A stretch of DNA of 60,000 nt from Camelus dromedarius (taxonomy: Eukaryota). Below are positions 40,916 through 53,849 of the stretch, one piece after another; position 1 is the stretch's first letter, and every line of letters begins with the position of its first letter. Below the pieces are notes generated by a model. That model worked only from the letters and a program-made list of their open reading frames with translations, was not told the origin of the DNA and made no database searches. A program made the translations under genes and the position numbers. The stretch lies in NCBI RefSeq assembly GCF_036321535.1, contig NC_087447.1, positions 45,758,001 through 45,818,000 of the forward strand. The letters run 5' to 3'.

Positions 40916-41544
40916 TTGAATGTGTTCACTGCAGATGTGTGCTGACCCATATTGGGAGGGACCAGTCTGTGACCATTAAGTTTTACAGTACTGGAAAAAA
41001 ACAAAAACCAAATATCCTACCTGTTTATCCCCATAGCAGAAACCTCATCAATAGCCTTTTTGCCAGAATCATTGAAATCCTCTGTCATAATAAAATTATT
41101 CTAATTGAAATTTAGTCACCGAAAACTGATTAATTTTATTACTCTAAATCTTTGTTTCACAGAAACAAAGAGGGAGGGAATAAGAGACTAGAAAGTAGGA
41201 TATCATGTAATGTTAAGAATGACTTTAGTGGGACCTCTTCATGGTAACACATCACTAACTGTGTCCCATGACTTTAAAGTGTATGCTTTCTGCCAAGAGT
41301 GTGGACTGCTAAGAAAGGAGGCTAGAGGAATGAAAGTGTGATCACTGTTGGGTAGAAAAGATTATAGGAGTGGCAACCAAACATTGTTTCTTATCAAATT
41401 ACTATTTAATCTCAAGTATCTACCTTCTTTACAATTTAATAGATGTTTATACAGAAGATATTGATGTTCTGAACAGTGAGATATATTTCTATTTCTCTGT
41501 CTCCATATATAGAAATAGGAACAAGTGATACACTTACAACCATC

Positions 41545-41725
41545 CCGTACTCATACAACCATTTTTTTTCACTACCAGTACTGTATTCAATAAATTACAT
41601 AAGATATTCAACACATTGTTATAACAAAGGCTTTGTGTTAGATGATTTTGCCCAACTGTAGGCTAACATAAGTTTTTCCTGAGTAGGTTTAAGGTAGGCT
41701 AGGCCAAACTATGATGTTTGGTAGT
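41545..41725. mobile_element. TcMar-Tigger DNA transposon fragment (Tigger4/Zombi-like)
   Basis: catacaaccatt..cagtactgtattcaataaattacat..ggctttgtgttagatgattttgcccaactgtaggctaa..ttaaggtaggctaggc. Confidence 0.75.
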
Positions 41726-41761
41726 ATATAACTGCTTATATAACTATACAACTCTGTCTCC

Positions 41762-41847
41762 ATATATCTATATCTATATCTATATCTATATCTATATCTA
41801 TATCTATATCTATATCTATATCATCTATATCTATACCTATACCTATA
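41762..41847. repeat. (TATATC)n hexamer microsatellite
   Basis: About 10 perfect units followed by degenerate TATACC units. Confidence 0.95.
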
Positions 41848-42064
41848 TAGTTGACACTTGAACACTGCAGGGCTTAGGGGCACCAACCCCTACCCAGTCA
41901 AAAATCCACATATAACTTTACAGTCAGCCATTCATGTCTTTGGTTCTGCATCTGTGAATTCAAACAACCATGGTTAGTGTAGACTACAGCAGATATTTAT
42001 TAAAAAGAATCACCATATAAGTGGACCTTCACAGTTCAAACCCATGTTGTTCAAGGGTCAACTA
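41848..42064. mobile_element. MER8-like Tigger2-derived MITE, apparently complete
   Basis: Terminal inverted repeats tagttgacacttgaaca (41848) and tgttcaagggtcaacta (42048-42064), each flanked by TA. Confidence 0.85.
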
Positions 42065-43365
42065 TACACACTCATACATACACACACACACACACATAAA
42101 CACACACTGTTGTGACAGTTTGCTTAATTTTGCAAATGGTAAAATGAATACAAGTAGTTGTTACACAAATGATTGTTAAAGAATCATTTTCTGGCCTATA
42201 AGGAGAATCTAATTAATCTATGTTCTGGGGAATAATAAATGATTGCAAAAATAGATCTCCCATCTCTCACAGGTATATTCTAGAGTAGTTGACAATGATT
42301 TTTTTTAAAAGGTAAAAGAAAAGTAATTCAAAAAGTTGCAGAGGTTCATTTAGGTAGACAGAAAAAGAGGAAGTAAATATCCTATAAATTTGGAGAGACA
42401 GGAAGAAACAGTGACAGGGTGAAATCTCCTTTATGTACCTATTATCTTTAGAGTAGCTTTTATAAAATTTATTTTAAGTTATATTTACCTACTATTTTGT
42501 CTAATTTCTGGACAGTGAGCTCTTTAATGTTAAAGAAACTCTCTCTCCCTTATGTCTCCATACCCAATATCTAGTACTGAGCCTGGTATATTGGTTAAGG
42601 GAATTTTTAAATACATATTTTAAGGAATTTTTTGAATAGTGAACCTAAGTACAATACAGAGATTAACCTTGATCTTTGTATTTTGTTTTTTAAATAAGTA
42701 ATAAACAAAATATAAGTACTCTGTAAGATTTCTTTGATAAAAAGAAAGTGAAATGTGGCTTAAATAGTATACAGTGTTTCCTAAAGTCTTAAGTCTTGAG
42801 TGGTAGAGATAATCATGAAGTGGACCCAAGGTTTACTGCCTATCTTTGGAATTTTAGCTCATAGTGTCAGAATTCTTTATGGTTGCAGGAAATGATTAGT
42901 CCTTCTAATACACAATACCTGCCCTTCCAAGGAACTACACACTGAAAATTCTGAACTCTAAGAGATAAGTGTCATAAGCCAACACTATACAAGGAAATAC
43001 ATTAGCAAAGCCTTGTGAACTCTGGAGATATAATAGTTTTTTTCCCCACTAATGTCTATACATATTGTAAAGTATTTACACAACACAATACAGTTTTTGA
43101 GTACGGGGTTGGTCCTTCATCTACAAGTCACACAGCAGTGCTCAGAAATGCACTAGAATATTTCTACTGTTTCTTTTTGTATATCTTTCAGTATTTATCA
43201 CATTAGCCTTAGAATATGAGAAGACACATTTAGGATTCCTTTTTTTCTTTCTTTCTTTCTTTATTTTCTACTTTACTCTGATATGAAACAATAAACAAAT
43301 CTTCCTAGGTTGAGACACCTGGCCTTAAAATGATTGGAAAGATAAAAATGCTCACAGGGGTTATC

Positions 43366-43494
43366 AGGAGGGTGGTAGAACTCTGTGGTAGAGTATGTGC
43401 TTGGCATGCACAAGGTCCTGAGTTCAATCCCCAGTACCTCCATTAAAAATAAATAAATAAAAACCTAATTACCTCCCCCCAAAAAAGAAAAAAA
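43366..43494 (+). mobile_element. tRNA-derived SINE (camelid Vic-1-like)
   Basis: A-box-like gtggtagag and B-box gagttcaatccc, then cagtacctcc-AAAT repeats-cctaattacctcccccc-A tail; flanked by ggggttat direct repeats (43357-43364 and 43497-43504). Confidence 0.85.
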
Positions 43495-43559
43495 TGGGGG
43501 TTATTAATGATATTTTTCTCTTCTATGTAAATATAAAACCTCATTTCATGAACCCAATC

Positions 43560-43850
43560 TCAGCCCCTCTGCTCTTTTTTTGTGACACTTCTATCTTTTC
43601 CCCCTTCTTCCCCTCTGTCATTTTCCCTGTGGGCTTTGGAAAGGTGTGGTAGACTCACCAGACTGTGCACCATAAGTGATTCTGAGCCCCTAGGTTTTCA
43701 TGTATACCCAAATAGAGAATGTAGTTGTTATCCTTTATATGATGCTCCTGAAAGGAGAGCCTCCCAGTGAAACTCCCTAGAGCCAACATGCTGAAGATAG
43801 GAGGGCCCAGAATTCCCTGTTTTAACCAAGTCCTATGCTAAGTAGAAAAA
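43560..43850 (-). promoter_or_regulatory. Putative promoter and non-coding exon 1 of the 39962 OR52E gene
   Basis: On -: TATAAA (43734-43739), O/E-like CTCCCTAGAG and CTCCCAGTGA, donor AGTCTG|GTGAGT (43653-43658) in the same context as 28121-28131; ~2.8 kb upstream of the ATG. Confidence 0.62.
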
Positions 43851-45874
43851 TCCACCAGGGATTTCTGCCCTTTTCTAGGGATTGTTATGATTTTATGTTT
43901 AAATAATTATTACATATACTAAGTTAGATTATTCTACTAAATTAATTTCTCTTTTTTTAGCTTGTGTAATATGGTTACTAGAAAATTTTAAGTACATGGG
44001 TGACTTACATTTTATTTCTAATAGAGAGAATCATTCTAGAACAGTAAGGAGTGGTGGGCATTGTTCAAGGGACAGGTAAGCAATACACACTAAGTCAGCT
44101 GCATCAGGGGAACATATTACATTTCCTTTGGACAAGGGGAGACTGTCAACCTCAGACAAAGAGAACTGCTTCTAGTGGTAAAGGAGGCTGGGCAGAACTC
44201 AGGGTTTGCTTCATTGGGGCCTACTCGTAGAAGACCATTCCAACTTTTAGAACACTCCTCAATAAATCGACTCCTAGGAGATAAATATTTCTTTAGGATA
44301 GTCAAAAATGCCTTCTATTTCCTTACCTGGACCTTGGGCTGGGTGTTTAAAACCCTGAACTCATTATTACCTTTATCCAGGTTCTTCAGCTTATTTGTCA
44401 CAGAAAGCCAAATCCATACTCTCTTTATTCTTATGGAAATCTTCTTTGGCAGAAATACTTGGACATTCAAAGCCTTGCCTTTTTTAAGCACTTGGTTAAG
44501 GCTGTCTAGAGGTGATGATAAATGTAACAGTTTTGTCAATGTCCTCCATACACCACAAGTGTCCTCTTTATCAACAGCAGTGGAGGCCTTAATGACCTTA
44601 GCTAATCAAATAAGGAACTAATCCCAAATTCCCATTTTTAAGAATATTTTGCCCAGGAACCACTTTTGGTATATATACTTATGTCAGCCTGGATTCAGAA
44701 CTGCTGTGTGTATAAGGAGTAAAGACAGGAATCGATACAAGTTGGAAGAAGCTAGAAAAGATTTGAAAATAAATTTACTAAACAGATTATTTATGCATGA
44801 ATGAGTTGCTTTTGCAGAAACTAGGTACATTCAGTTTCTGGGATGGAACTGTAAGGAACTGGGTGTAGAAATTTGTGGAAGGTGATTTGTTATCCACAGC
44901 TACTGGACCTTTGTATCTGCAGTAAAGTATCTAGTGCTGGACTTGTGATCACTGTTTGTCAGGAGGGCTTGTTGCCATGGAGAGCTGGATGTGGAGCTGG
45001 GGGAAGTGAGGAGAAATTAGAATCCTCTAGTATCACTGTGTTTATCCATCATTGCCTATAAGTTGAACATTAGAAAATAATGGCTGACTTTTCACATTTG
45101 CTCTCACACCTTATGCATTTCTTATGTAACCAACTCTAAGCTGGAAGCTTGAAGGGAAGAGAATTCTGGGAAACAGAGTGCTGGTTTAGCTAAGTAGTCA
45201 CAGTACAAAATCACCAAAGGACACTTGATCATCTGTGCTTATCTCAGTGTCGTGCATAGTTAATTATCAGTTGATATTTTAAATGAATACAGTGTTTAAA
45301 TGAACCCAAGAATAAATTAACTCAGAATTCCATGAAGATATTTTTAACAATTGCAGAATGACAACAGTTTTTTTTAAAACAAATTATTGTAAAGAACAGC
45401 AAATAAATTATTGAAGGATAATCAGCTATAAAAGTTATTCAAATACATCATAAATCTGTAGTGATGAAAACATTGTGATACTAGTCCAAGAATAAACAGA
45501 CAAGCTGATTATATTAATAAAAAGCAGATTCTTGTACAAATTGAAATTCAATTTGAAGAAAAAATAAGTACAATTAAGTTCTGAAGTGTTGAGTTATTAG
45601 ATCAATTATGTTATAAAAATAAGTAAAGGAATGGAAACAGAGAAGTAGTTAATTTCCCACCCTACATTTGACACCAAAATGAATTACAATTAGATTAGAA
45701 TGAAATGTAAAAATGAATGCATAAACATAAATACACATACACAAATCCCATGGAATAGATGTTGGAATGTTAGTATATAATAAAGTAATGCAAAGTCATA
45801 AGTCTGAAAGTTATTGGAGGCTGTGCTATAGGTAATATAATCTGTAATGATTTCATTATAAATTTAATCTACCA

Positions 45875-46035
45875 GATAAACAACAAAGTCCTACTGTATA
45901 GAGCAGAGAACTATATTCAATACCTTGTAATGCCATATAATAAAAAAGAATATATATGTAAAAATGAATCACTATGTTGTATACCAGAAATTAACATATT
46001 GTAAATTGACTATACTTCAATAAAAAATTAGACAA
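45875..46035 (+). mobile_element. Severely 5'-truncated young L1 3' end with 15-bp target-site duplication
   Basis: gataaacaacaaagtcctactgtatag..aactatattcaatacc..ttgtaaattgactatacttcaataaaaaa; perfect TSD aaatttaatctacca at 45860-45874 and 46036-46050. Confidence 0.88.
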
Positions 46036-47138
46036 AAATTTAATCTACCATATAAAAATAAAGTAAATATAAAGAGTTCATAGGGAAGTGTTGATATGCA
46101 AAATACATTCAAATAACTCTGTGATGAGACTTTTAGGAAGCTAGGCAAAAAATTTGGTGAAGTGGGAAGGAAATTACAATAAATAAGAAACAAATACAAG
46201 AAGCAAGAATATGATCCATTCAATCAGTAACCTACTACCTAACAATTCTAAGTATACAATCTTTAGAAAATGTTCAAATATGCACAAAAAGTATGTCACA
46301 ACATTGATTCTAAATTAAAAGTAACTAAAATATTATACATATCACCAAAAGTTGAAGAGATAAGTAAAATGCAAATGAAAGTTTCTACTACATTTCAAAA
46401 GGAAATAACTATATCCCACATGTATCAACACAGATAATCTCTAAATTTAATATTAAGTGCAACAATTGTCTGTGAAATAATACACAGTACATTACCATAT
46501 GAATTAAAAATTAAAATTCCACATCCACCTCCCCCCACTGAAATTATTGAATTTAAAATGATAAATTTAGACTCTAAGAAAGATTTTTTAAAAAGCATGT
46601 GGTAGTCACTCTGTCTCTGAGGATGAGAAAGAAAAAAAAAACTGAAACTAGATTGGAGTAGTAGTCATAGGTTATTTCAACTTAAATCCCTCATATATTT
46701 GATTAAAAATACCATTTAAGATAAATAAATCATAGTAACAATAGTTTTTAATTCCACATTATGGGAACAGAGTGCTTTGTTGTATGTTTCCTTGTCTTAC
46801 TTTTAAGCTGAGGGAAAAATAGAGACCTTAAAATCTAGGGGGGAAAAGCAATGTTAACAAGAATAATGATAGGAAAGGTCATTGCTTGGACTATTCACGC
46901 TCACTCAAAATGAAGTAATGCAAACAGTTCTCACTGTCACAATAGAAATCAGTCCTTGAACTTAAAATATTTTGAAGACCATTCCAACCACAGAATCAAT
47001 AGGGAGCCAAGATCAAATAAATCCCCTGGAATGGAATTGGCAGCACTAAATTTTGACAGAGAAAGGTCTTTGCTCAAAGAACAAACCAACATTTCTTGCT
47101 GGATCAAAATGCTTCTTAAACAAAGGAGGCAAGGGTCC

Positions 47139-48074
47139 TTATTTTTTAATAAGCACACAGAGTACTCGCTCTCGTATCTGTTTCGTCCTCACACCATAGA
47201 TGATGGGGTTGAGTGAAGGTGGGATAACCAAATAGAGGTTGGCAACAAGAATGTGAATGTAGCGGGGTATGTTGTGGCCAAATCGGTGAGTGAGGAAAGA
47301 GAAGACTGAGGGGATATAGAAAACACAAATGACCCCAACATGGGAGCCACAGGTGCTTAGGGCTTTTAGCCGTGCATCTTGGGATGGGAGGCGAAAGACA
47401 GCACGGAGAATGTAAATATCGGAGATGCCAACAAGGACTAGGTTTAGGACAAAGAAGAAAACAACAAAGAGCCCATAAGTACCATTGATGTGGATGTTTC
47501 CACAGGATAGTTTTGCGATGCCCATGTGCTCACAGTAGGAATGAGCTATCACATGAGCCTGACAAAAGGGTAGGCGGTAGATGAGATAGATTATGGGAAG
47601 TGTCAGCAGGACTGGACGAATTACAATGCACATGCTGATGCCCACCAACACCCGGGATGTCAGGATGGTCATGTAGTGGAGTGGAGCACAGATTGCTACA
47701 TAGCGGTCAAAGGCCATGGCCACCAGGACCTCAGCCTCCATGCCAGTGAAGGCATGGATCAGGAACATCTGGGCCACACAAGCCCCAAAGTTAATCTCAT
47801 GAGCATCAAACCAGAAGATACCCAGCATGCGGGGGACAGAGGTTGTTGAAAGGGCCAAATCAATGGTTGAAAGGGTGGCTAGAAAGTAGAACATGGGTTC
47901 CCGGAGTGTCGGCTCCATCTTGATGACTAGCAGAATTGTGACATTGCCCAGTAAAGCCACAAGGTAAACAGAGCAGAAAGGCAGGGAGATCCAGGCATGG
48001 ACCTCTTCCAGGCCTGGGATTCCAATGAGGAAAAATGTGGTTGGGTGAAAAAAACTCCTATTGTGATAAAACAT
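47139..48074 (-). CDS. OR52J3: Olfactory receptor 52J3-like, 311 aa, open frame but Y->D in TM5 SY motif
   Basis: [97 protein letters not shown]; acceptor tttttcctcctcctag at ~48110. Confidence 0.9.
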   Translation of the reverse strand: MFYHNRSFFHPTTFFLIGIPGLEEVHAWISLPFCSVYLVALLGNVTILLVIKMEPTLREPMFYFLATLSTIDLALSTTSVPRMLGIFWFDAHEINFGACVAQMFLIHAFTGMEAEVLVAMAFDRYVAICAPLHYMTILTSRVLVGISMCIVIRPVLLTLPIIYLIYRLPFCQAHVIAHSYCEHMGIAKLSCGNIHINGTYGLFVVFFFVLNLVLVGISDIYILRAVFRLPSQDARLKALSTCGSHVGVICVFYIPSVFSFLTHRFGHNIPRYIHILVANLYLVIPPSLNPIIYGVRTKQIRERVLCVLIKK

Positions 48075-51000
48075 CCTTCCAAATAACAGAGTAGGAGATG
48101 TTGTCACTCCTAGGAGGAGGAAAAAAAAGTTGAGTAAGAAATAGTTATGAAAATGATTACCTTAGTGCTTCTATATATGATGAACATGAAAAAGTTTGCT
48201 ATTTCAAAGGTTATATTAATTTTCTTTTTAATTTCTAAATTGAACCATTCTCATTTGGGGCATGTCTCAAAGGGCTTAATCCTTATACAGATTTAATCCT
48301 AATTTTTTTAACATGTAAGGTTTATCAGCATACCCATGGCAGAGTTATAAGATACAGGACATAATATTATGTATGGAATAATTTAGTATTCCCCGTATCT
48401 TTTGTGAAGTCCTTCTCTAAAGAGGGGCACATGAAAAATCAATGATACACATATGGAAATGCAGGCATAACCCAAAAGGAGACAGATAGATGAGAAAGTA
48501 AAGTCATAGGCACAAATGTACGACACTCTCATACTTAGAAAACCCTGAAATTATCTAATGATCCATTCATCATTTGTTGAAAACCCAGAAACTTTCTAAT
48601 GATCCATTCATCATTTATTGACACAGAGAAAATACCAAAACCATACGTAATATCCTGTTTAAAAGACTGCAACAAAGTATCAGAGATACATATTATCACA
48701 AAGAAAAGCACAGACACTCTGGAGCACACACTGGCTAGTCACATACCTCCGTACTTGAAAGAGCCGAGAAAGAAATATAATAATAAACTTTTGTAGATTT
48801 TCATTGATGTCTCTATTTTCCCAAGACCATTCCATTTCATAGAGGCTCATTTTTTAGTGCTATGGTTGTGGTGGTTTCTAGTGGTATTTGAAAACTTCTT
48901 CATTCACTTTCCACTCTACATCAGGTCCTCAGAGAAAACCTGCTCATTTTACCACTGCTGCAGAACTAGCTAGTACTTGGTTCACTCCTTCTGCCTGATT
49001 AAGACACTGGAAATGTGAGTACAGGACAACCCAGAAGGCTTCCAGTTGTTATGGACCTGAGGAAGGCATTTTTGAGCATCACAAAACTGTCTGGAATAAC
49101 AAAATCTAATGGAAGAGAGAATTACTTTCTGTAATTGTCTAAAGGAAATAGAGAAGTGTGCTTTCGCAATGCCTTCAAAATGATGGAGAAGCAGTCAGGA
49201 GAAGCCCCATAAACTCAAATAATGAAATAAAGAGCCTTTCTCTGGGTCTCTAACTTAAGGCAGAGTAATCCAAGATGAGGATAAAGAAGGACAGACTTCT
49301 GTTCTTACCCTTTATGTAACTCTATATTTCCATGGGAAATACATATGGGTGAAAAAATAAATGTTATATATGTTCTGTAGTTTGAGAGTGAGTGTGTGTG
49401 TGTGCATGTGTGCGTGTGTTTGTGTGTGAGAGAGAGAGAGAGATGGAGGGAGAAAAAGAGAGAGAGAGTTGTATTTTGTAATGCTCCCATATTTGTATTT
49501 TTTAAAAACTGAAACTTCCAGGTAATGGTCATTGCCCACTGGCAGGGTGCTGGCCAAAACCAAGCCTTCTAGACTTCATGATGCCTACCTTTGGTTCATC
49601 TCTGAAAATTAACCCTCAATAACATGCCACTTCTAACCTCAGATTTCCATCATTCTTCATAAGTCCATGTCATCCAATCCCTATCACCTATAGCAGAAGC
49701 AGAAATTCTACTTTATCAACCAACTATATAACCATTTTGTAAATAGATTTTCAATGCCTTGGATCTTCTAGATATTTTTAGATACTCAATCTCTATTTAA
49801 AAGTTGCAAGATTTTCCCCACTGTTAGATCCAGAAACTGGACTACTACATCATGTATATTGTATCAAGGTGGCAGTTCTCAGCCACCAGTGATTATCTCT
49901 CTCATTTGACTGCAACACATACCTAAATCAAAGGAAAATTCACCCGTGATACTTCATTCTTCCACAGGAATAGAGACACAAGGTGATGATCAAGCAGTAA
50001 AAAAATCTATGCCCGTTTTTTTTTAATATAATCCAAAGAGAGAAGTTTTATATTAAAGTTCTAGCTGCTTATAGCATTGGAAAAAACAAGTTAACTCAGT
50101 TTTCTATTGTAAATGGTGCCTTGAGATCGAATCCTCTGAGATTGCTGACAAAACCCTTAGACTATGGTTTAGAAAAGCAGAAGCTCAAGAGAAAGTAACA
50201 CAAATAGGAAATTATGTAGAGAAAATTATAAATGTGGTACCAAAGCACAGATATGATCATTTGTATATAGCAGAGAGAGAAACAGTCATGCCCCTCTAGG
50301 TAAGATTTTGCAGTCAAATTCTAAGGATTGCTGTTTTCCAGATAAAATAGTACTTAATCCATATTCTAAGTTCAAACATAATTAACCTAGCATGAGAGAC
50401 TCCATTTTCAGACTTAGTTCTCTCTGTCCCCCTTCACTGACTGGGTGTTTTAGGTTCATTGAATGCTTAGCTCTATGGATTCCAACCTGTGAGTCTTTTG
50501 TCCCACTGTCCTCAGTCAATGATTGTTCCTCTCTCTCTTCCCCTTTGACAATTATTCATATCTATATCACAGAGGCCATAGAGAGAAGTAGTAAAAATAA
50601 CCAACCCTGAAACTGACCTGATTCAGTTCAAATACTGGATTCCCATGTAGTGGCAACATCACCACGAGTGATCTATTAATATCTCTATATCTCAGAACCC
50701 TCAACTGGAAAATTAGGGATGATAATAGTACCAATAGCAATGGATATTTTGAAGAATAAATTAAGTAGTGAATATCAGGCATTTGGTACAATACCTGGCA
50801 CATTTGAAGTGGTTAATTAAAATAGAATTTAGCTCACAAAACCACCTTCATAAACCTTGGACCTATAATAAACCATACTGAGAAATCTCTCATGACATTA
50901 AGTCCATAACATTTGGTTTGAGAGTTCTCATTTATCTTAAAGATTTTTTCTTTAGTTTTTTAGTCAAATTATATATATATAAATATATATATATTTCTTA

Positions 51001-51209
51001 TTCTCACTAGAATAAATTTATTTTGAGTGGAAGAATCCTATCTCTACTGCACACTTAAGCAAATATCTTAGATAATACTTAAGAAAAAAAGCATATTATC
51101 AGCCTTAAGATTTAAAACACAGACTATAAAGCATGAAGTTAAATCCTTTTGACTCTTGTCTTTCCATTCAAACCTGAGAGTAGAATCTCTGGAAATTTAA
51201 AATTTCCAT

Positions 51210-51440
51210 ATATGTGTATAGATATGTATATACATGTATATGCATGAGTGTATATATTCATATATGTATATTTAAATACATTTTTCAAATATATATTTGA
51301 ATATGAGATTTTCTTGGAGCTCAGTTATATACATATATGTGTATATACATGTATATGTATGTATGTATAGTATTGAATATATGTATCTCCAAATATATTT
51401 TTCAAGTAAAATTTTGAATATGGCATTTTCTTGGAGATCA
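51210..51440. repeat. Degenerate tandem duplication (~117 bp unit), TA-rich
   Basis: Two copies ending ...tttgaatatgagattttcttggagctca and ...tttgaatatggcattttcttggagatca. Confidence 0.75.
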
Positions 51441-51959
51441 TGGGCATGTAACTGATAAGTTCAATTGAAGTTAATTTTAGGACATGAGCTGAGAAACATT
51501 AGACAAAGTCATACCCTTTTTTTACTGGTTGGGAATGAAGAAGCATCTATTTCTGAGTAGTTGCTGGTAGATGTCTCAGAATCATGCGAGAGCCAGCCTT
51601 AGAATCAAGATGAGTCACAGAATGTCAACCCTGAAATACTGAAAGGAACTTGTTCCTTGGTATCAAAAAAATAAGACCAAGTTCTTAACTTGTCTGTGAC
51701 AAGGAACTCAAACCATTTTTATTTTGTTTTAAGGTGAGACGAAATACCCTTTAATGTTTAAGTAAGTAAGATCAGGTTTTTGTTTTGTTTTGTTTTCTTA
51801 CTTATAATTCATGATGTCTTAAAGATCACACTTAACCACATTTTTCCCTGTGAAACCTTCCTATCAGGGGCCCTTATCCCCTTGCTCTAGTTAGGGCTGC
51901 TTTTATTTAATGTGTTATTAAGTAAGAGGTATACACAAGATATCTTCAAAATGCTTTTT

Positions 51960-52140
51960 ACTTTGTTAATCTCTTTAATCCTCAAAACAGCTCTGTGACA
52001 TAGATCTTAGGCTTATTTCCATTATACAGATGGAAAACTTGAGCTATAGAAAAAGTTCGCAACTTTCCTAAGGATGTACATCTAGAAAGTCACAAAGACC
52101 GAACTTGAACCCAAATGTCTGATTCCAAACTCTGTGCTAT
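51960..52140 (-). mobile_element. MIR SINE
   Basis: tttaatcctcaaaacagctctgtga..ccattatacagatggaaaacttgag..aactttcctaagga..acttgaaccca..tctgattccaaa. Confidence 0.7.
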
Positions 52141-52884
52141 TATTCAATATATTATACCATCTCCTTTTTCTGTTTAGTTTAATCTTGAGCCTATTTTGTT
52201 TCAATAAGCCTATAGAAGTTTCCAGAAGCATACCGTAAGGTCTTCACTTATCATGTGCTTGTAACTACAAACACACCTGAAAATATATGTATGTGAGGTT
52301 GGCACTGCTTCTTCTGAGTGCCTGCTAAGGCACCTCAACCCTACCCTTCATTTCAGTGAGTGGGTCTCTCTAACCATAGTAATGGTTCTGGTTTCTTATT
52401 TTCAGAGATAGTTGGGAGGCTGAGGAGTTGATATCCACACTATCAACTAGCCTGCATGGTTCTGCTTGAACTTGCATTCTGACTCATGATGTGCGATCGT
52501 GTCTCTTTTTCATGTTCCCATTTACTGGGTGCAGAAGACAATCGCAGGCTTATTCTGATACTGCCCGCAATCAACCTACATTGTTCCATACTATCACAAT
52601 GTAGTACAAACTACGTTGTTCTGTTTTGGTCCTATTTAGAAGAGGAACCCCAGAACTTATTGCAAAGGGTTATGGGAAAATGGGTGGGAATTACTTTTAT
52701 GAAGAGAATAAAAATTTCCCCATGTGAAGAAATGGATGGAATGTCCTCATTAAGCCACATGTTACTTTCTCAGCCAGCCTTCTGATTCTCACTCTGGATT
52801 TACTCCTGAGATATCAAACACTGAATTGGAAACAACTCTGCCCCTAGGTCAGTAAAGGAGTCCTATGCATGTTGCCAAGTAGCT

Positions 52885-53835
52885 AGAAGACACAAAAATC
52901 ACCTTCTCCTAAGGGCACATCAAAATTACAACTATTTACAGAGCAACTATTTATGAGAATGACTAGCAGAAAGTACTTTCCAGAACTGAGGATAAAGAGC
53001 TCAATGAGATAGGTAGGAGGGGTGGAGATGAGGTATATAGTCAGGCAGGATTCACATCCCAGGTAGGGAACCCACAAATGTGAAGAATATCATAACCACA
53101 GTAGGTCCTCCCCAAAGAGTGAGGAGTCTAAACCCCACGTTGGACTCCCAGGCCAGGAGTTCAGCACTGGGGAGAGGAGCTCCCAGAAAGTCTGACTTTG
53201 AAAACCAGAGAGGCTTAACTTTGGGAGAGCTGGAGGGGTATAGGAAACTGAGAATCTGCTCTTAAATGCACATATGAAATCTCACATTCTCCATGTCTCA
53301 GCACAGAGGCAGTAATTTGAAAGGAGCCTGGGTCAGGCCCACTTGCTGACCTTGAACAGCCTCCTAGAGAGGAAAGAGGCAACTGGGACTCCCCGGAGAC
53401 AGGAAAGCTGGCAGCAGCTATGTTTAGGAACTCATTCAGTGGCGATGACCATGCCACTAGCAAGCAACATTTTGGAATTCTCCCTCTAGCCTGTTAGTGT
53501 CAGGCATTTTCCCTGCCCACCAGCAGGCCTTCAACAGCCACATGCCCCTGGCCAGCTGTATGTGGATCCTGCCCCGAATATCAGCAGGACTGATAAGTTA
53601 GCCAGTCGAGGAAGGCCTGTCCCAACCTCAGCAGGCCTGCAGCCACCACATGAAACAGGGCAGCACATCCAAATGGGTCAGAAGCCAGCCTTGTTTACCA
53701 GTGTGCCACAGTACTTAGCACCCTTACAACAGAAATACACACAGCCCACATAAGGGGCACCCCTAGAGCATATAGTTCTAGTGATCAGAGGGGAGCATGC
53801 TCTTGAGCCGCACAGGTCATCTTCTACATAAGGTC
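52885..53835 (+). mobile_element. L1 5' UTR fragment (L1M-type)
   Basis: cacatcaaaattacaactatttacagagcaact..cctccccaaagagtgaggagtctaaaccccacgttggactccccagg..tctgactttgaaaaccag, typical of L1 5' ends. Confidence 0.7.
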
Positions 53836-53849
53836 ATTGTGTTAATGAA

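Noticed and set aside
44175..44621. 148-aa ORF with GTG start
   Set aside because: No recognisable domain or coding signature; length attainable by chance
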